64,000 nucleotides of DNA, from NCBI GenBank assembly GCA_052246995.1, contig JBQPWD010000007.1:37111-101110 (forward strand), given 5' to 3'. Below, one piece after another: positions 48,052 to 58,776 of this stretch. The position numbers were made by a program, and so were the translations under genes. Origin of the DNA: Candidatus Bathyarchaeota archaeon. GTDB taxonomy: Archaea > Thermoproteota > Bathyarchaeia > Hecatellales > Hecatellaceae. The notes beneath the pieces are model-generated. The model had not been told where the DNA came from and did no database searches. It worked only from the letters and a program-made list of their open reading frames with translations. Positions within the stretch are counted from its first letter, which is position 1; each line of letters opens with the position of its first letter.

Positions 48052-49356
48052 TTAATACACCTTACTTAAAGTTGTGTAAAGTATAAGCACAAGTATAAAT
48101 GTTGGTAGTGATGAACCTAGATTAAATGCTACAACTTCAAGCAAAGGTACATTAACACCTAACAAGGCCACTGCCGCCACCAGTAAATAAAAAAGAAAAC
48201 CAATTAGCCACACAATAACAGCAGTAAGGTTTACTCCATAGCTATACCAGTAACGCTTATCAGCCTTAACTAACCCCCACGCATCATAATGATGTTTTAA
48301 AGCAAAGTAGTCTGAAAGCATTATACCAGCTAATGATGTAAAAGCGCCACCAACAAGTAGTAAAAACCATTCATATTGTTCTGGAGGAAAAAATACTGCA
48401 ATAATTGTTCCAATAACACCTACAACGATAATCTGCTTTTTAACGTTAACCTTTGTGAATACGTTTTTGAAGGATATTGCGGCGGAGTATATATCTAAGA
48501 AAGCTGTTGTTGTTGTCGAGAAAAGTATGATTAACATCGCAGGAATACCTAAACCGTAAATAGCTATTATTGATATAGGGTCTGAGAGGTGAACAGCCAC
48601 GTTTGTTAACGCCCCTAAAATATAGCATAAACCACACCCAAGAAAATGTCCAAGATATAAACCCAGAAAACAATGTTTAGCAGTTTTTGAAAATCTTGTA
48701 TAATCAGCTACAAGAGGAAGCCATGAAACAGGCATAGCTACAACTAAATCTAAGCCAACCCAGAAATTTAACTCACCAGAACCAGGCTTACCTAGTAAAC
48801 TCCAAAAATCAAACCTTGTTAAAACTACATACGTCAACCATACACTAAGTACCAATAGGAGTATTAAGGCTAATTTTTGTAGAGTTTTCCATTTTTCAGG
48901 TCCAGCTAAAGTCCATAGGGTTATAATGAAACCATAAATTAAAACCCATAGGAGGTATAACCCTTTAACACCAAAAACTATGCTTATAACCTCATCCATA
49001 GCTTTAGCAGCTACAATAATCATTATGGAAGTCCAGCCAACCAATTGAAGATAGTTAAGCAGGGAGGGTAAATAACTGCCACGAACACCTAAAGAACCTC
49101 TAGCTAAAACCATTGCGGGTACACCTGTACGTGCACCCATTAAACCAATTAAACCCATTAACAAGTTGCCAATAGCTAAGCCAATAACAGTTGCCAAAAC
49201 AGCATCACTAAGAGATAAACCTGGGGTTAAAAGCGACCCTGCCCAAAATACCGCAATACCCATATCAGCACCAAACCAGATTGCAAAATGGTCCCAAAAT
49301 CCGTAAATTCTACCACTTTGAGGTGTAGGTTCAAGGGAAAAACCTGTGCTACTCAA
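48052..49356 (-). CDS. cytX: NCS1 family hydroxymethylpyrimidine transporter CytX
   Basis: WFGA, G.RGS.LPSLLN.LQLVGW, AMPVSWLPLVADYTRF and STTTTAFLDIYSA motifs; thiamine gene context. Confidence 0.9.
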   Translation of the reverse strand: MSSTGFSLEPTPQSGRIYGFWDHFAIWFGADMGIAVFWAGSLLTPGLSLSDAVLATVIGLAIGNLLMGLIGLMGARTGVPAMVLARGSLGVRGSYLPSLLNYLQLVGWTSIMIIVAAKAMDEVISIVFGVKGLYLLWVLIYGFIITLWTLAGPEKWKTLQKLALILLLVLSVWLTYVVLTRFDFWSLLGKPGSGELNFWVGLDLVVAMPVSWLPLVADYTRFSKTAKHCFLGLYLGHFLGCGLCYILGALTNVAVHLSDPISIIAIYGLGIPAMLIILFSTTTTAFLDIYSAAISFKNVFTKVNVKKQIIVVGVIGTIIAVFFPPEQYEWFLLLVGGAFTSLAGIMLSDYFALKHHYDAWGLVKADKRYWYSYGVNLTAVIVWLIGFLFYLLVAAVALLGVNVPLLEVVAFNLGSSLPTFILVLILYTTLSKVY

Positions 49357-49390
49357 AGTTTCACCTTAACTGTTAAGTTAAAATTTTCCT

Positions 49391-49407
49391 TTATAACCGG
49401 TTTATAA
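49391..49407. promoter_or_regulatory. Candidate ThiR operator TTATAACCGGTTTATAA
   Basis: Near-palindrome TTATAA-N5-TTATAA in the 92-bp gap between divergent cytX and thiR. Confidence 0.6.
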
Positions 49408-49448
49408 GTTTAATTAAAACCGAGTAATATTAAAAATGTTGAGAAAAA

Positions 49449-50357
49449 TTGTTGCCACATGAGGTTGTAGTAAAATACGTTGTTCCAAATCTTAAGGCAC
49501 TTATGGCTTTAAATCTATCAGAACATGGGTTTGGTCAAGTTAAAACTGCAAAACTTCTTGGAACTAGTCAAACAATGGTTAACAAGTATATGCGGTATCC
49601 TAAAAGTCACTATCTAAAAAAATTATTGGAGGTTGGCTTATCTAAGGAGATAGTTAACAACGTGATAAAAATGTTGGAAAATGCTCTTAATGAGGGAGGT
49701 TCGGAACTTTTTATTAAAGCTTTTACATCAGCAATAAACTATGTTATTTCGCAAGGTACTTTATGTAAACTGCATCGTCAATTATATTCTAAGTTGCCTT
49801 TAACGTGTACACTATGCCAAGATTTTTTTACAGCTGAAATTTTAGATCCATACATAGCGGAAGTTAAACAAGCAGTAGAACAACTTGTAAAGCATAAAAA
49901 ATCTTATGAGCTTATACCTGAGGTTGGTATGAACATAGCTTTAGCACCACCAAATGCACAAACAGCAGAAGATGTTGTAGCTATACCTGGAAGAATTATG
50001 CGTGTGGGCTTTACTGTTAAACCTATGAGCCCACCAAGTTATGGTGGAAGCTATCATCTTTCTATTGTGCTATTAAAAGTTAGGAGTATTGGTATAAATG
50101 TTAAAGCAGCTATCAACATAAGGTTTAAAGAGGAGTTTCTTAAAAAGCTTAAAAAAAACAATTTTCACCTTACAAACCTTGGTCCACATAAAAAACCTGA
50201 AGATTTTATGCCTAACCTTGAAAAGCTACTTAAAACATTGAGAAAAAGAGTAGATGCTATTGTGGATTTAGGTGGTCAACATCTAGAACCAGTAATTTAC
50301 GTTTTTGGAAACTCAGCTTCTGACGTTGTTAAGAAAGCTTTTACGGTACTAGATTAA
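49449..50357 (+). CDS. thiR: Thiamine regulator ThiR (HTH plus ThiN-like domain)
   Basis: N-terminal HTH (QVKTAKLLGTSQTMVNKY); C.LH; ThiN motifs LIPEVGMNI, VAIPGRI, GGSYHL and EPVIYVFG. Confidence 0.85.
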   Translation: MLPHEVVVKYVVPNLKALMALNLSEHGFGQVKTAKLLGTSQTMVNKYMRYPKSHYLKKLLEVGLSKEIVNNVIKMLENALNEGGSELFIKAFTSAINYVISQGTLCKLHRQLYSKLPLTCTLCQDFFTAEILDPYIAEVKQAVEQLVKHKKSYELIPEVGMNIALAPPNAQTAEDVVAIPGRIMRVGFTVKPMSPPSYGGSYHLSIVLLKVRSIGINVKAAINIRFKEEFLKKLKKNNFHLTNLGPHKKPEDFMPNLEKLLKTLRKRVDAIVDLGGQHLEPVIYVFGNSASDVVKKAFTVLD

Positions 50358-50419
50358 GGAATTTTTAGATGAAGAAAGGTTTTATATTGTTAGGTATGCT
50401 AGATTAAATCATTTTAATT

Positions 50420-52096
50420 TTGGTGGAGAAGTTGACCATGTTTAGAAGTGTAAATGTTAAAGTTGGCGTTGAAAAAGCTCCACATAGAAGCTTGTTTAAG
50501 GCTTTAGGTTTAGATGATGAAGATTTAAACAAACCTTTAATTGCCATAGTAAACTCTTGGAGTGAAGTTGTTCCAGGACATGTCCATTTAAACCGGGTTG
50601 CTGAGGCTGTTAAGCAGGGAGTAAGAGAAGCTGGAGGAACTCCTTTAGAATTTAATACAATTGGTATTTGTGATGGAATTGCTATGGGACATGAAGGTAT
50701 GAGAAACCCTTTGCCAAGTAGGGATCTTATCGCGGATTCTGTTGAACTTATGGTTAATGCTCATTGTTTTGACGCCATGGTTTGTATTTGTAGTTGCGAT
50801 AAAATTATCCCTGGAATGTTAATGGCCGCATGTAGACTGGATATACCAACAATATTTGTTACGGGAGGACCCATGCTACCTGGAGATTTTAAAGGTGAAA
50901 AGGTTGGTTTATCCAACATTTTTGAGGCTGTTTCAGCCTTTAAATCTGGGAAAATAAGTTTAGAAGATTTTAAGCTTATTGAAAGCTGTTGCTGTCCAAC
51001 TGTTGGTTCATGCTCAGGTATGTATACAGCTAACACGATGCAATGCTTAACTGAGGCTTTGGGTTTATCTTTACCCTACTCCGCAACAACCCCCGCAGTT
51101 TATGCTGAGAAGCTTAAAATTGCTAGAGAATCGGGTAGAATGATTATCAACCTTCTAAAAAAAGAGGTTACAGCCAGAAAAATTGTAAACAGGTATTCCA
51201 TTGAAAACGCAATAATGGTTGATATGGCTCTTGGAGGATCAACAAATACTGTCCTACATTTGATGGCTATAGCTAGCGAAGCTGAAGTTGAACTTCCAAT
51301 TGAGAAGTTTGATGAGCTTAGTAGAAAAACACCATGTCTTACAAGCATAAACCCAGCTGGCAAACACTTTGTTTTGGATCTTCATGAGGCAGGGGGGGTA
51401 CCAGCTATTATGAGGGAGCTTTCAAAAAATCTCCATTTAAAATGTTTAACAGTTACAGGAAGAACTGTTGAAGAAAACATTAAAAATGCTAAAGTTTTGA
51501 GGAGAGATGTTATAAGACCAGTGGAAAATCCTGTTTATCCTGAAGGTGGAATAGCAATTCTTAAAGGCAATCTTGCACCCGAAGGTGCTGTAGTTAAACA
51601 GTCAGCAGTACATCCGTCTATGCTTAAATTTAAAGGTAAAGCTAAGGTTTTCAACTGTGAGGAAGATGCTGTCAAAGCAATGGTTGATGGTGAAGTTAAA
51701 GAAGGTTCTGTCGTGATTATAAGGTATGAAGGCCCCAAAGGCGGGCCAGGTATGCGTGAAATGTTGACTGCAACCTCAACCCTAAGAGGTTTAGGTTTAG
51801 AGATGAAGGTAGCCTTAGTTACTGATGGAAGATTTTCTGGCGCAACAGCAGGTCCATGTATTGGACATGTTTCACCTGAGGCTGTCGAGGGTGGGCCTAT
51901 AGCCGTAGTAGAAGATGGAGACGAGGTTGAAATAGATATTCCTGCAAGAAAAATAAACTTAAATGTTTCAGCTGAGGAAATTAAAAAAAGGCTTAAAGGG
52001 TGGGTTCCACTAAAGCCTAAAGTGTTAAAAGGATATCTTTACAGGTACTCTAAGCTTGCATCCTCAGCATCTAAGGGAGCAGTATTAAAAATTTAA
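50420..52096 (+). CDS. ilvD: Dihydroxy-acid dehydratase
   Basis: [49 protein letters not shown] and TDGRFSG motifs. Confidence 0.98.
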   Translation: MVEKLTMFRSVNVKVGVEKAPHRSLFKALGLDDEDLNKPLIAIVNSWSEVVPGHVHLNRVAEAVKQGVREAGGTPLEFNTIGICDGIAMGHEGMRNPLPSRDLIADSVELMVNAHCFDAMVCICSCDKIIPGMLMAACRLDIPTIFVTGGPMLPGDFKGEKVGLSNIFEAVSAFKSGKISLEDFKLIESCCCPTVGSCSGMYTANTMQCLTEALGLSLPYSATTPAVYAEKLKIARESGRMIINLLKKEVTARKIVNRYSIENAIMVDMALGGSTNTVLHLMAIASEAEVELPIEKFDELSRKTPCLTSINPAGKHFVLDLHEAGGVPAIMRELSKNLHLKCLTVTGRTVEENIKNAKVLRRDVIRPVENPVYPEGGIAILKGNLAPEGAVVKQSAVHPSMLKFKGKAKVFNCEEDAVKAMVDGEVKEGSVVIIRYEGPKGGPGMREMLTATSTLRGLGLEMKVALVTDGRFSGATAGPCIGHVSPEAVEGGPIAVVEDGDEVEIDIPARKINLNVSAEEIKKRLKGWVPLKPKVLKGYLYRYSKLASSASKGAVLKI

Positions 52097-52154
52097 GGTT
52101 GCTGGATACTTTTACTTATCTCACAGTTAATATTCAAGTTTAACGTAAACATTC

Positions 52155-53333
52155 TTGATGTTTAAAACTGGAAGTTTTGAGATGCCTCTTCATGAAGGCA
52201 GCGTTCCACGATGGCTTTGGGTTAGAATGACCTCCCTTGCTGAGGGTATTTTTACCATTATGGTTGAAGAAGTTGGTGTTAAAGGAGTTTTAGAGAAGCT
52301 TTCAGATCCCCTCTTTTTTCAAGCATTATCAAATGTTTTAGGTTTTGATTGGGATTCAAGCGGTTCAACAACTGTAACTTGCGGAGTTTTAAGGGAGGTT
52401 TTTGACAAATGCAGACTTGGTGTTAAAGTAGCTGGTGGAAAGGGTGAAAGATCTAGGAAAACCTTGGATGAGGTTGAAGTTTTTGGTGAAGAACTTAACC
52501 TTCCAGAGTGGAAGATTGAAGAGTTAAAGTATGCTAGTAGAATGGTTGCTAAAGTTGATAATACCGCTATTCAAGCAGGTTATCAGCTTTACCATCATAG
52601 CTTTTTTATTGCCGAAAACGGGTTATGGGCTGTTATTCAACAAGGGTTAAATGCTCAAACTTTAACAGCCAGAAGATATCATTGGTTTAGCTGTAAAGTT
52701 AAAAGTTTTGTTGAAGAACCTCATCAGGGTTTCTGTGGCCAAATGGTTCATGAAAATGTTTTAAACATGGTGGCTGCAGAAAGTAGGGAAAGTAGAATGG
52801 TTTGTGTTGACATTTTAAACGAGCATCCAAGTAAGGTTAGAAGATGTTGGATTACAATTTTAAAGCCAAATCAAACATTTTTAACCGATGAAAACAACAA
52901 TTTAAAAGTTAAACTTAAAAGTTTTAACTATAGGCTTATACCTGAAAACGTTAACTGGAAAGCATTGTACAAGGCTTACGAGGTTAAGCCTAGGGGGTTT
53001 GAGGAGGTTTTAGCGGTTAAGGGCATAGGGCCATCAACAATTAAAGCCTTAGCCTTAATCTCAGAGCTTATCTATGACGCTAAACCTAGTTGGGAAGATC
53101 CGTTAAAGTTTTCTTTTGCATTTGGAGGTAAGGATGGCATCCCCTACCCTATCAAAAAGGTGGTTATGGATAAGGCTATAAGGTTCTTAAGGGAAATTTT
53201 GGAGGCTTGTGAAGTTGAGAAGAAAGAAAAGCTTGAAGCATTAAAAAGGCTTAAAAACTTTGCACCAAAAACGTTAAACTATTTTGCTTATGTTCAACAG
53301 AAAGATTATCTGGAAAACGTTAACAAGCTTTAA
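52155..53333 (+). CDS. DUF763 family protein
   Basis: LH.G.VPRWL, GFDWDSSGSTT, SRMVAKVDNTAIQ.GYQLYHH, ARRYHW and FAFGGKDG.PYP motifs; HhH-like KGIGP. Confidence 0.92.
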   Translation: MMFKTGSFEMPLHEGSVPRWLWVRMTSLAEGIFTIMVEEVGVKGVLEKLSDPLFFQALSNVLGFDWDSSGSTTVTCGVLREVFDKCRLGVKVAGGKGERSRKTLDEVEVFGEELNLPEWKIEELKYASRMVAKVDNTAIQAGYQLYHHSFFIAENGLWAVIQQGLNAQTLTARRYHWFSCKVKSFVEEPHQGFCGQMVHENVLNMVAAESRESRMVCVDILNEHPSKVRRCWITILKPNQTFLTDENNNLKVKLKSFNYRLIPENVNWKALYKAYEVKPRGFEEVLAVKGIGPSTIKALALISELIYDAKPSWEDPLKFSFAFGGKDGIPYPIKKVVMDKAIRFLREILEACEVEKKEKLEALKRLKNFAPKTLNYFAYVQQKDYLENVNKL

Positions 53334-54411
53334 ACATTTTTTTAACTTTTGACCAGCCATTGATGTAAACGTAATCTAAAACTGTTCCTTTAGCTTTTTT
53401 AATCTGTAAACATTCAACAAGCCTTCTATACTGGCCACCTGCAAGACCATCAGCTATTAAAGCTGCACCTTGAGCTGCATCCTTAACTTTAAATGTAAAC
53501 CCTTTAAGCCTTGTAACAGAAGCATAAATTGAAAACCTCCTTGAAAGCTCAAAAAATACTTTATCATTCTTTGAAAGTCTTCCAGAAAGAATAATTTCAG
53601 CAGGTTTTCCTGTTGAAACTAGCATCTGAGAAACATTTTTCTCAACATTTTCAATAAAAAATTTCCACGCAACCTTAAAACTTTTAAACTTTTCAACATT
53701 ACCAATAAAATCTTCAATGTTTGGTTTTTTCATCCCTACAACAAACGCTACACCACCCCTGCCAACCATTTCCTTTTTAAACCTGCCAATAAGATATGCA
53801 ACTTCAGCATCCAAACATCCTTGAGAAAGAAAACCTCCAAAGCTTAAGGAACCTCCAATTCCATCAACAACCTTACCATTTTTAACTGCAATATAGGCGT
53901 TGTAGCCAAACCCAAGCTCAGCAAGAATAAATGATGCTTGGCTAAAATCTATTTTAAATTTTTCAGCCTGCTCTTTTAATGCTAAAGCTACTGCACAAAG
54001 CTTATCGGCTGTTCCCATGTCTATCTTGTTAATTTTTCTATGACGTGGAATTGTGGGGAGAAGTTTTATTGATGGAATAACGTAAACATTCAAACCTGAA
54101 GCTTTAAGCATTGTTAAAAGATTTCTAAGACCAAGTTGTGAAGAAATTTTTCTATCATAAGGTTTTATAAGCGTTATAAGGCTTAATTCCTTCCAACCAA
54201 TCTTGCTTATATGAGTTAAAGGTAAACCGTGACCTGAAGGGGCAACAATAAGGTCTAGAGGTTTATGTTTTTCTAGCAACTCTACAGCTATAATCGGCTT
54301 TTTCACGATAACTTCTGTTGGAATAGATTTTTCAAGAAAAACCTCCCCGTTTTCTAAACCAAAAACATCAAAACTTTTAGTTCCAAGGTCTAAGCCTACA
54401 ACTTTAACCAT
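53320..54411 (-). CDS. DUF1464 family protein (butyrate-kinase-like ASKHA fold)
   Basis: GLDLGTKSFD, PSGHGLP, RKINKIDMGTADK, DGIGG and AAQGAALIADGLAGG motifs. Confidence 0.9.
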   Translation of the reverse strand: MVKVVGLDLGTKSFDVFGLENGEVFLEKSIPTEVIVKKPIIAVELLEKHKPLDLIVAPSGHGLPLTHISKIGWKELSLITLIKPYDRKISSQLGLRNLLTMLKASGLNVYVIPSIKLLPTIPRHRKINKIDMGTADKLCAVALALKEQAEKFKIDFSQASFILAELGFGYNAYIAVKNGKVVDGIGGSLSFGGFLSQGCLDAEVAYLIGRFKKEMVGRGGVAFVVGMKKPNIEDFIGNVEKFKSFKVAWKFFIENVEKNVSQMLVSTGKPAEIILSGRLSKNDKVFFELSRRFSIYASVTRLKGFTFKVKDAAQGAALIADGLAGGQYRRLVECLQIKKAKGTVLDYVYINGWSKVKKMFKAC

Positions 54412-54512
54412 TACATCAACCTCTCCACCAAAAAGCTTAACATTTTATAGTTAAATGTTTAACTAGGAAAGTTTGGGAGTAAAGTTTTCTATGCTGAGGA
54501 GTTGATAAAAAC

Positions 54513-55067
54513 TTGCTTAAAACCAGGTTTAAAGGTTACATCATAGTTGTTATTCTTGTTTTAGCTTACATTGGAACCTGGTTTAGCTTATGCTACATTC
54601 TTAAAACAAGTAATCCTATTGTGGTTGTTGAAGGTTCAAGCATGTATCCAAGCCTGAAAAAGGGGGATTTGGTTTTTTTAAAGGGAACTTCAAAGGAGGA
54701 GTTAGCTGAAGATTTTAAGATGGGCGTAAAAAACATAATAGTTTACTCTCTACCTACAGGTAAAAACATTATACATAGAGTATACAGTGTAGTTTACGAT
54801 AATGAGAATAAAAGTGTTATAGGTTTTTTAACTAAAGGAGATAACAATCCATATGTTGATGGGGTAATTGTTACGGAAGAAATGATTGTTGGTAAAGTTG
54901 TTTTTGGGCCTGTACCCTATATAGGCTTTTTAGTGCTTTTTTTACGCTCTCCTCTAGGATTTATATTGCTCATCATTTTAGTAGCACTTTTAGTAGTATC
55001 ACTTATCAGTGAAAAAAATACGAGTAAGAATGGTAAACAGCCATATGAAAATGTTGAAAAAAGGTGA
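54513..55067 (+). CDS. Signal peptidase I (Sec11 type)
   Basis: VVEGSSMYP...GDL, IIHRV, TKGDNN and VPYIG motifs; flanking TM helices. Confidence 0.93.
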   Translation: MLKTRFKGYIIVVILVLAYIGTWFSLCYILKTSNPIVVVEGSSMYPSLKKGDLVFLKGTSKEELAEDFKMGVKNIIVYSLPTGKNIIHRVYSVVYDNENKSVIGFLTKGDNNPYVDGVIVTEEMIVGKVVFGPVPYIGFLVLFLRSPLGFILLIILVALLVVSLISEKNTSKNGKQPYENVEKR

Positions 55068-55145
55068 AACGTGAACATATATATACCCTAAAGAGGTTTA
55101 AGGTATTTGAGGTTAAAATAACCCTAATAACTACTATAGGCGCAG

Positions 55146-55715
55146 GTGACTTTTTTGTCAACCCGTAAACCCACCGTTACAATTGAAAATGTTGTAGCGT
55201 CAGCAACTCTGGAACATTCAATAGACCTTGATGCTGTAACAAAACTTTTTCCATCTGCAGAATATAGACCGGAACAGTTTCCAGGGCTTGTTTTTAGGCT
55301 TAAAAAGCCTAAAACCGCAACTCTAATTTTTAATTCTGGAAAAATGGTATGTACTGGAGCTAAGTCTGAGTTTCAAGCTGTCAAGGCTATAAACAAGATT
55401 ATCAAGGAGCTTAAGGGTAAGGGTATAGTTATTGTTGGTAAACCTAAGATTCAGATTCAAAATATTGTAGCCTCAGCTAACCTTGGAGGAAAAATAGACT
55501 TGGAAAAAGCTACATATACACTAAGTAGGACAATGTACGAACCTGAACAATTTCCAGGGTTAATTTACAGGATGGATGAACCTAAAGTTGTTATACTTCT
55601 TTTTGCAAGCGGAAAGCTTGTATGTACTGGAGCTAAAAAGGAAGATGAAGTTTATCAAGCAATAAATAAGCTTCATAAAAAGCTTGAAGAAGAAAAAATG
55701 ATGTTTTACGAATAG
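55146..55715 (+). CDS. tbp: TATA-box-binding protein
   Basis: Two repeats of NVVAS/NIVAS...Y.PEQFPGL...SGK.VCTGAK. Confidence 0.98.
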   Translation: MTFLSTRKPTVTIENVVASATLEHSIDLDAVTKLFPSAEYRPEQFPGLVFRLKKPKTATLIFNSGKMVCTGAKSEFQAVKAINKIIKELKGKGIVIVGKPKIQIQNIVASANLGGKIDLEKATYTLSRTMYEPEQFPGLIYRMDEPKVVILLFASGKLVCTGAKKEDEVYQAINKLHKKLEEEKMMFYE

Positions 55716-55843
55716 TCCAGCTTAATTAACATTTAAAACAACATATTTTTCTGTTAATCTTCAATTTTTCCAGTTTAACATTTACATTAATGCATGAGAA
55801 AAACAGTTAAAGGATAGGATACAGATAGTTCTTATGTTTTGGG

Positions 55844-58702
55844 ATGGTAGAAGAAAGGGAAAACGTTTTCTCAATGCTTATAAAACCTCTTCAAAAACTT
55901 ATTTTAGAGAGAGGATTTTCTAAACCTACAGAACCGCAAGAAAAAGCCATACCGTTAATTCTTGAAGGAAAAAATGTTTTACTTATCGCTCCAACAGCCA
56001 CAGGTAAAACTGAGGCTGCCCTTTTACCAGTTTTAAACAATTTTCTCCTCTCTAAAAAAGAGGGTGGAATAAAAATTCTTTACATTACACCCTTAAGAGC
56101 CTTAAACAGGGATCTCTTAGAAAGAATTACTTGGTGGTGTAGTAGGCTTGATATAGGGGTTGCAGTTAGACATGGAGATACAAGTTTAAGTGAAAGAGGA
56201 AAACAAGCTAAAAAGCCTCCTGATATGCTTATAACAACACCTGAAACCTTACAAGCTATTTTGGTTGGCAGGGTTATGCGTAAACATTTAAGGTTTGTTC
56301 AATGGGTTATTGTTGATGAGGTTCATGAGCTTGCATGCGATAAACGTGGAAGTCAACTTTCACTTGGACTTGAAAGACTTAGGTGGATTACTGGTAAAGA
56401 TTTCCAGGTTGTAGGTTTATCCGCAACTATAGGTTCACCTGAAAAAGTTGCAAATTTCCTTGTTGGAGTTGACCGCACATGTGAAGTTGTTAAGGTTCCT
56501 ATTTTCAGGGATGTTAAACTTCAGATAGTTTACGCTAAACCATCAAAAAAGGATTACTTAATTTCAACCAAACTTTACACTCACCCCGAAGTTGCCGCTA
56601 GACTTAGAGTTATGAAAAATCTTGTAGAGAAACATAATTCAGTACTTATTTTTACTAATACAAGGTCTATTGCTGAGGTTTTAGCCAGTAGGTTTAAGGT
56701 TTGGGATGTTGACTACCCTCTAAGTATTCACCATGGAAGCTTAGCTAAACCTTCAAGAGTTTGGGCTGAAAAAAGTTTAAAAAATGGGCAGCTTAAAGGT
56801 TTAGTTTGTACATCTTCTCTTGAACTTGGAATAGATATCGGGAGAATAGATTTAGTTATTCAGTATGGTTCACCACGACAAGTTACAAGGCTTATTCAAA
56901 GAGTTGGTAGAAGCGGACACAGTATAGGTAAAATACCTAAGGGTTTTATTATAACAGTGGATCCTGATGACACTTTAGAAGCTGTAGTTGTAGCCAGAAA
57001 AGCCTTAAAAGATGAACTTGAACCTGTCGAGATTCCCAAAAAACCTTATGACGCCTTATGTCACCAGCTTGCAGGATTACTTCTTCAAAAAAGAAGGTGG
57101 AAGTTTGAGGAAGTCTTAAACATTTTTAAGAAAGCTTACCCTTACAGCGAGTTAACAATGGAGGAGGTTATCGGCGTTTTAAGCTATATGCACAACCGTT
57201 ATCCTAGAATTGCATGGGTATCGTTCAATGACCACATCTTTCTTAGACCTCAAAATGTTAAAACCTTGTACCAATACTACTTTGAAAACCTTTCAATGAT
57301 CCCGGATGAGAAGCAGTATCTTGTTATAGACCAAACCTCGGATACACCTGTAGGTGTTCTTGATGAAGCTTTTGTAGCAGAATACGGTGAACCTGGAGTA
57401 AAATTTATTGTTAGAGGAAGTCCTTGGAAGGTTGTAAGCATTCTTGGAGATAAAATCTACGTTAAACCTGTTGACGACCCTACAGGAGCTATTCCAAGCT
57501 GGATTGGAGAAGAAATCCCGGTACCGTTTGAAGTTGCATTGGAGGTTGGATGGATTAGAAGATTTGTTGAGGAGTCGATGAAGAGCAAAACTGAGGTAGA
57601 TGTTGTTAAAGAGTTAGCTTGTAGGTATCCTGCTTCTGAAGCAACTATAACTGAGGCTTTAAAAGAAGTTTTTGAACATGTCAGAAAAGGTTACCCTACA
57701 CCAAACGATAAAAGAGTTACTATTGAAAAATGGGAAGACTTTCTTATTCTTCAATGCTGCTTCGGTTCACTTGTAAACAGAACTTTAGCCAGAATAATTG
57801 GACATGTTTTTTCTGAAAAGTTTGGCGAGGTTGTTGGTGTGCAGGAAGACCCCTACAGAATTGTTATTCAAACGGAGAAGGCTATAAATCCCCAACAGCT
57901 TAAGGATGTTCTTTTAGAGCTAGCTAACAGCGATGTTAAAAAGATTCTGGTGGAAGCTGTAACAAAAACTGGGTTGTTTAAACGTAGACTTATTCATGTT
58001 GCAAGAAAATTTGGGGCGTTATCTAAGTGGGCTGATTTTAGTGATTTTAGTTTAAAACAACTTATTAAAAGCTTTGAAAAATCGGTTATTTTTGATGAAG
58101 CTGTAAAAAGCACTTTAGAAGGTGATATGGATGTTGAAGGTGTAATAAAAGTTTTAAACTGGATTAAAAATGGTGATGTTGAAGTTTTAATTATGGATGG
58201 TGTGGATTTAACACCTATAGCAAGGATCGGTGTTGAACGTATAAGTAGAAAAACAGACCTAATTCCACCTGAGAAAATGAAAAGCATCCTTATAGAGTCA
58301 ACAAAAGCTAGAATTTTAAATGAGGTGGGAGTTTTTGTTTGTTTAAATTGCTGGGGGTTTTTAAAATCTATCAGAGTCAAAGATTTACCTAGAAAAGTTA
58401 AATGTCCCAGATGTAACTCTAATTTAGCAGTTTCAAAGGAAGCTGAAGAAAAAGTTTTAAAAGTTTACGATAAGAGGGGTCAAAATTTAAGAGGAAAAGA
58501 ACTAGAAATTTATGAAGAACTTTTAGAATCAAAAAGATTGGTAACAAGCTATGGTTACGCTGCAGTTTTAGCATACATGGGGCATAGGCTAACTATAGAA
58601 GATGTAGAGGGAATTCTAGCAGAACATGCAAAAATAGATGAAAAATTTTATGAGCTAATTATGGAAGCTGAGAAAAGAGCTTTAAAAAGGAGATTTTGGT
58701 AA
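55844..58702 (+). CDS. lhr: Lhr-family ATP-dependent helicase
   Basis: APTATGKT, PLRALNRD, TTPETL, DEVH, SAT, HHGSL, SSLELGIDIG and QRVGRSGH motifs; C-terminal CxxC...CxxC. Confidence 0.94.
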   Translation: MVEERENVFSMLIKPLQKLILERGFSKPTEPQEKAIPLILEGKNVLLIAPTATGKTEAALLPVLNNFLLSKKEGGIKILYITPLRALNRDLLERITWWCSRLDIGVAVRHGDTSLSERGKQAKKPPDMLITTPETLQAILVGRVMRKHLRFVQWVIVDEVHELACDKRGSQLSLGLERLRWITGKDFQVVGLSATIGSPEKVANFLVGVDRTCEVVKVPIFRDVKLQIVYAKPSKKDYLISTKLYTHPEVAARLRVMKNLVEKHNSVLIFTNTRSIAEVLASRFKVWDVDYPLSIHHGSLAKPSRVWAEKSLKNGQLKGLVCTSSLELGIDIGRIDLVIQYGSPRQVTRLIQRVGRSGHSIGKIPKGFIITVDPDDTLEAVVVARKALKDELEPVEIPKKPYDALCHQLAGLLLQKRRWKFEEVLNIFKKAYPYSELTMEEVIGVLSYMHNRYPRIAWVSFNDHIFLRPQNVKTLYQYYFENLSMIPDEKQYLVIDQTSDTPVGVLDEAFVAEYGEPGVKFIVRGSPWKVVSILGDKIYVKPVDDPTGAIPSWIGEEIPVPFEVALEVGWIRRFVEESMKSKTEVDVVKELACRYPASEATITEALKEVFEHVRKGYPTPNDKRVTIEKWEDFLILQCCFGSLVNRTLARIIGHVFSEKFGEVVGVQEDPYRIVIQTEKAINPQQLKDVLLELANSDVKKILVEAVTKTGLFKRRLIHVARKFGALSKWADFSDFSLKQLIKSFEKSVIFDEAVKSTLEGDMDVEGVIKVLNWIKNGDVEVLIMDGVDLTPIARIGVERISRKTDLIPPEKMKSILIESTKARILNEVGVFVCLNCWGFLKSIRVKDLPRKVKCPRCNSNLAVSKEAEEKVLKVYDKRGQNLRGKELEIYEELLESKRLVTSYGYAAVLAYMGHRLTIEDVEGILAEHAKIDEKFYELIMEAEKRALKRRFW

Positions 58703-58776
58703 ACCTAGCTTAGGTTTAATTTGAACGTTAAGCTTAATTATTAAACATTTATCTTGATTAACCTAATAATCTTAAT

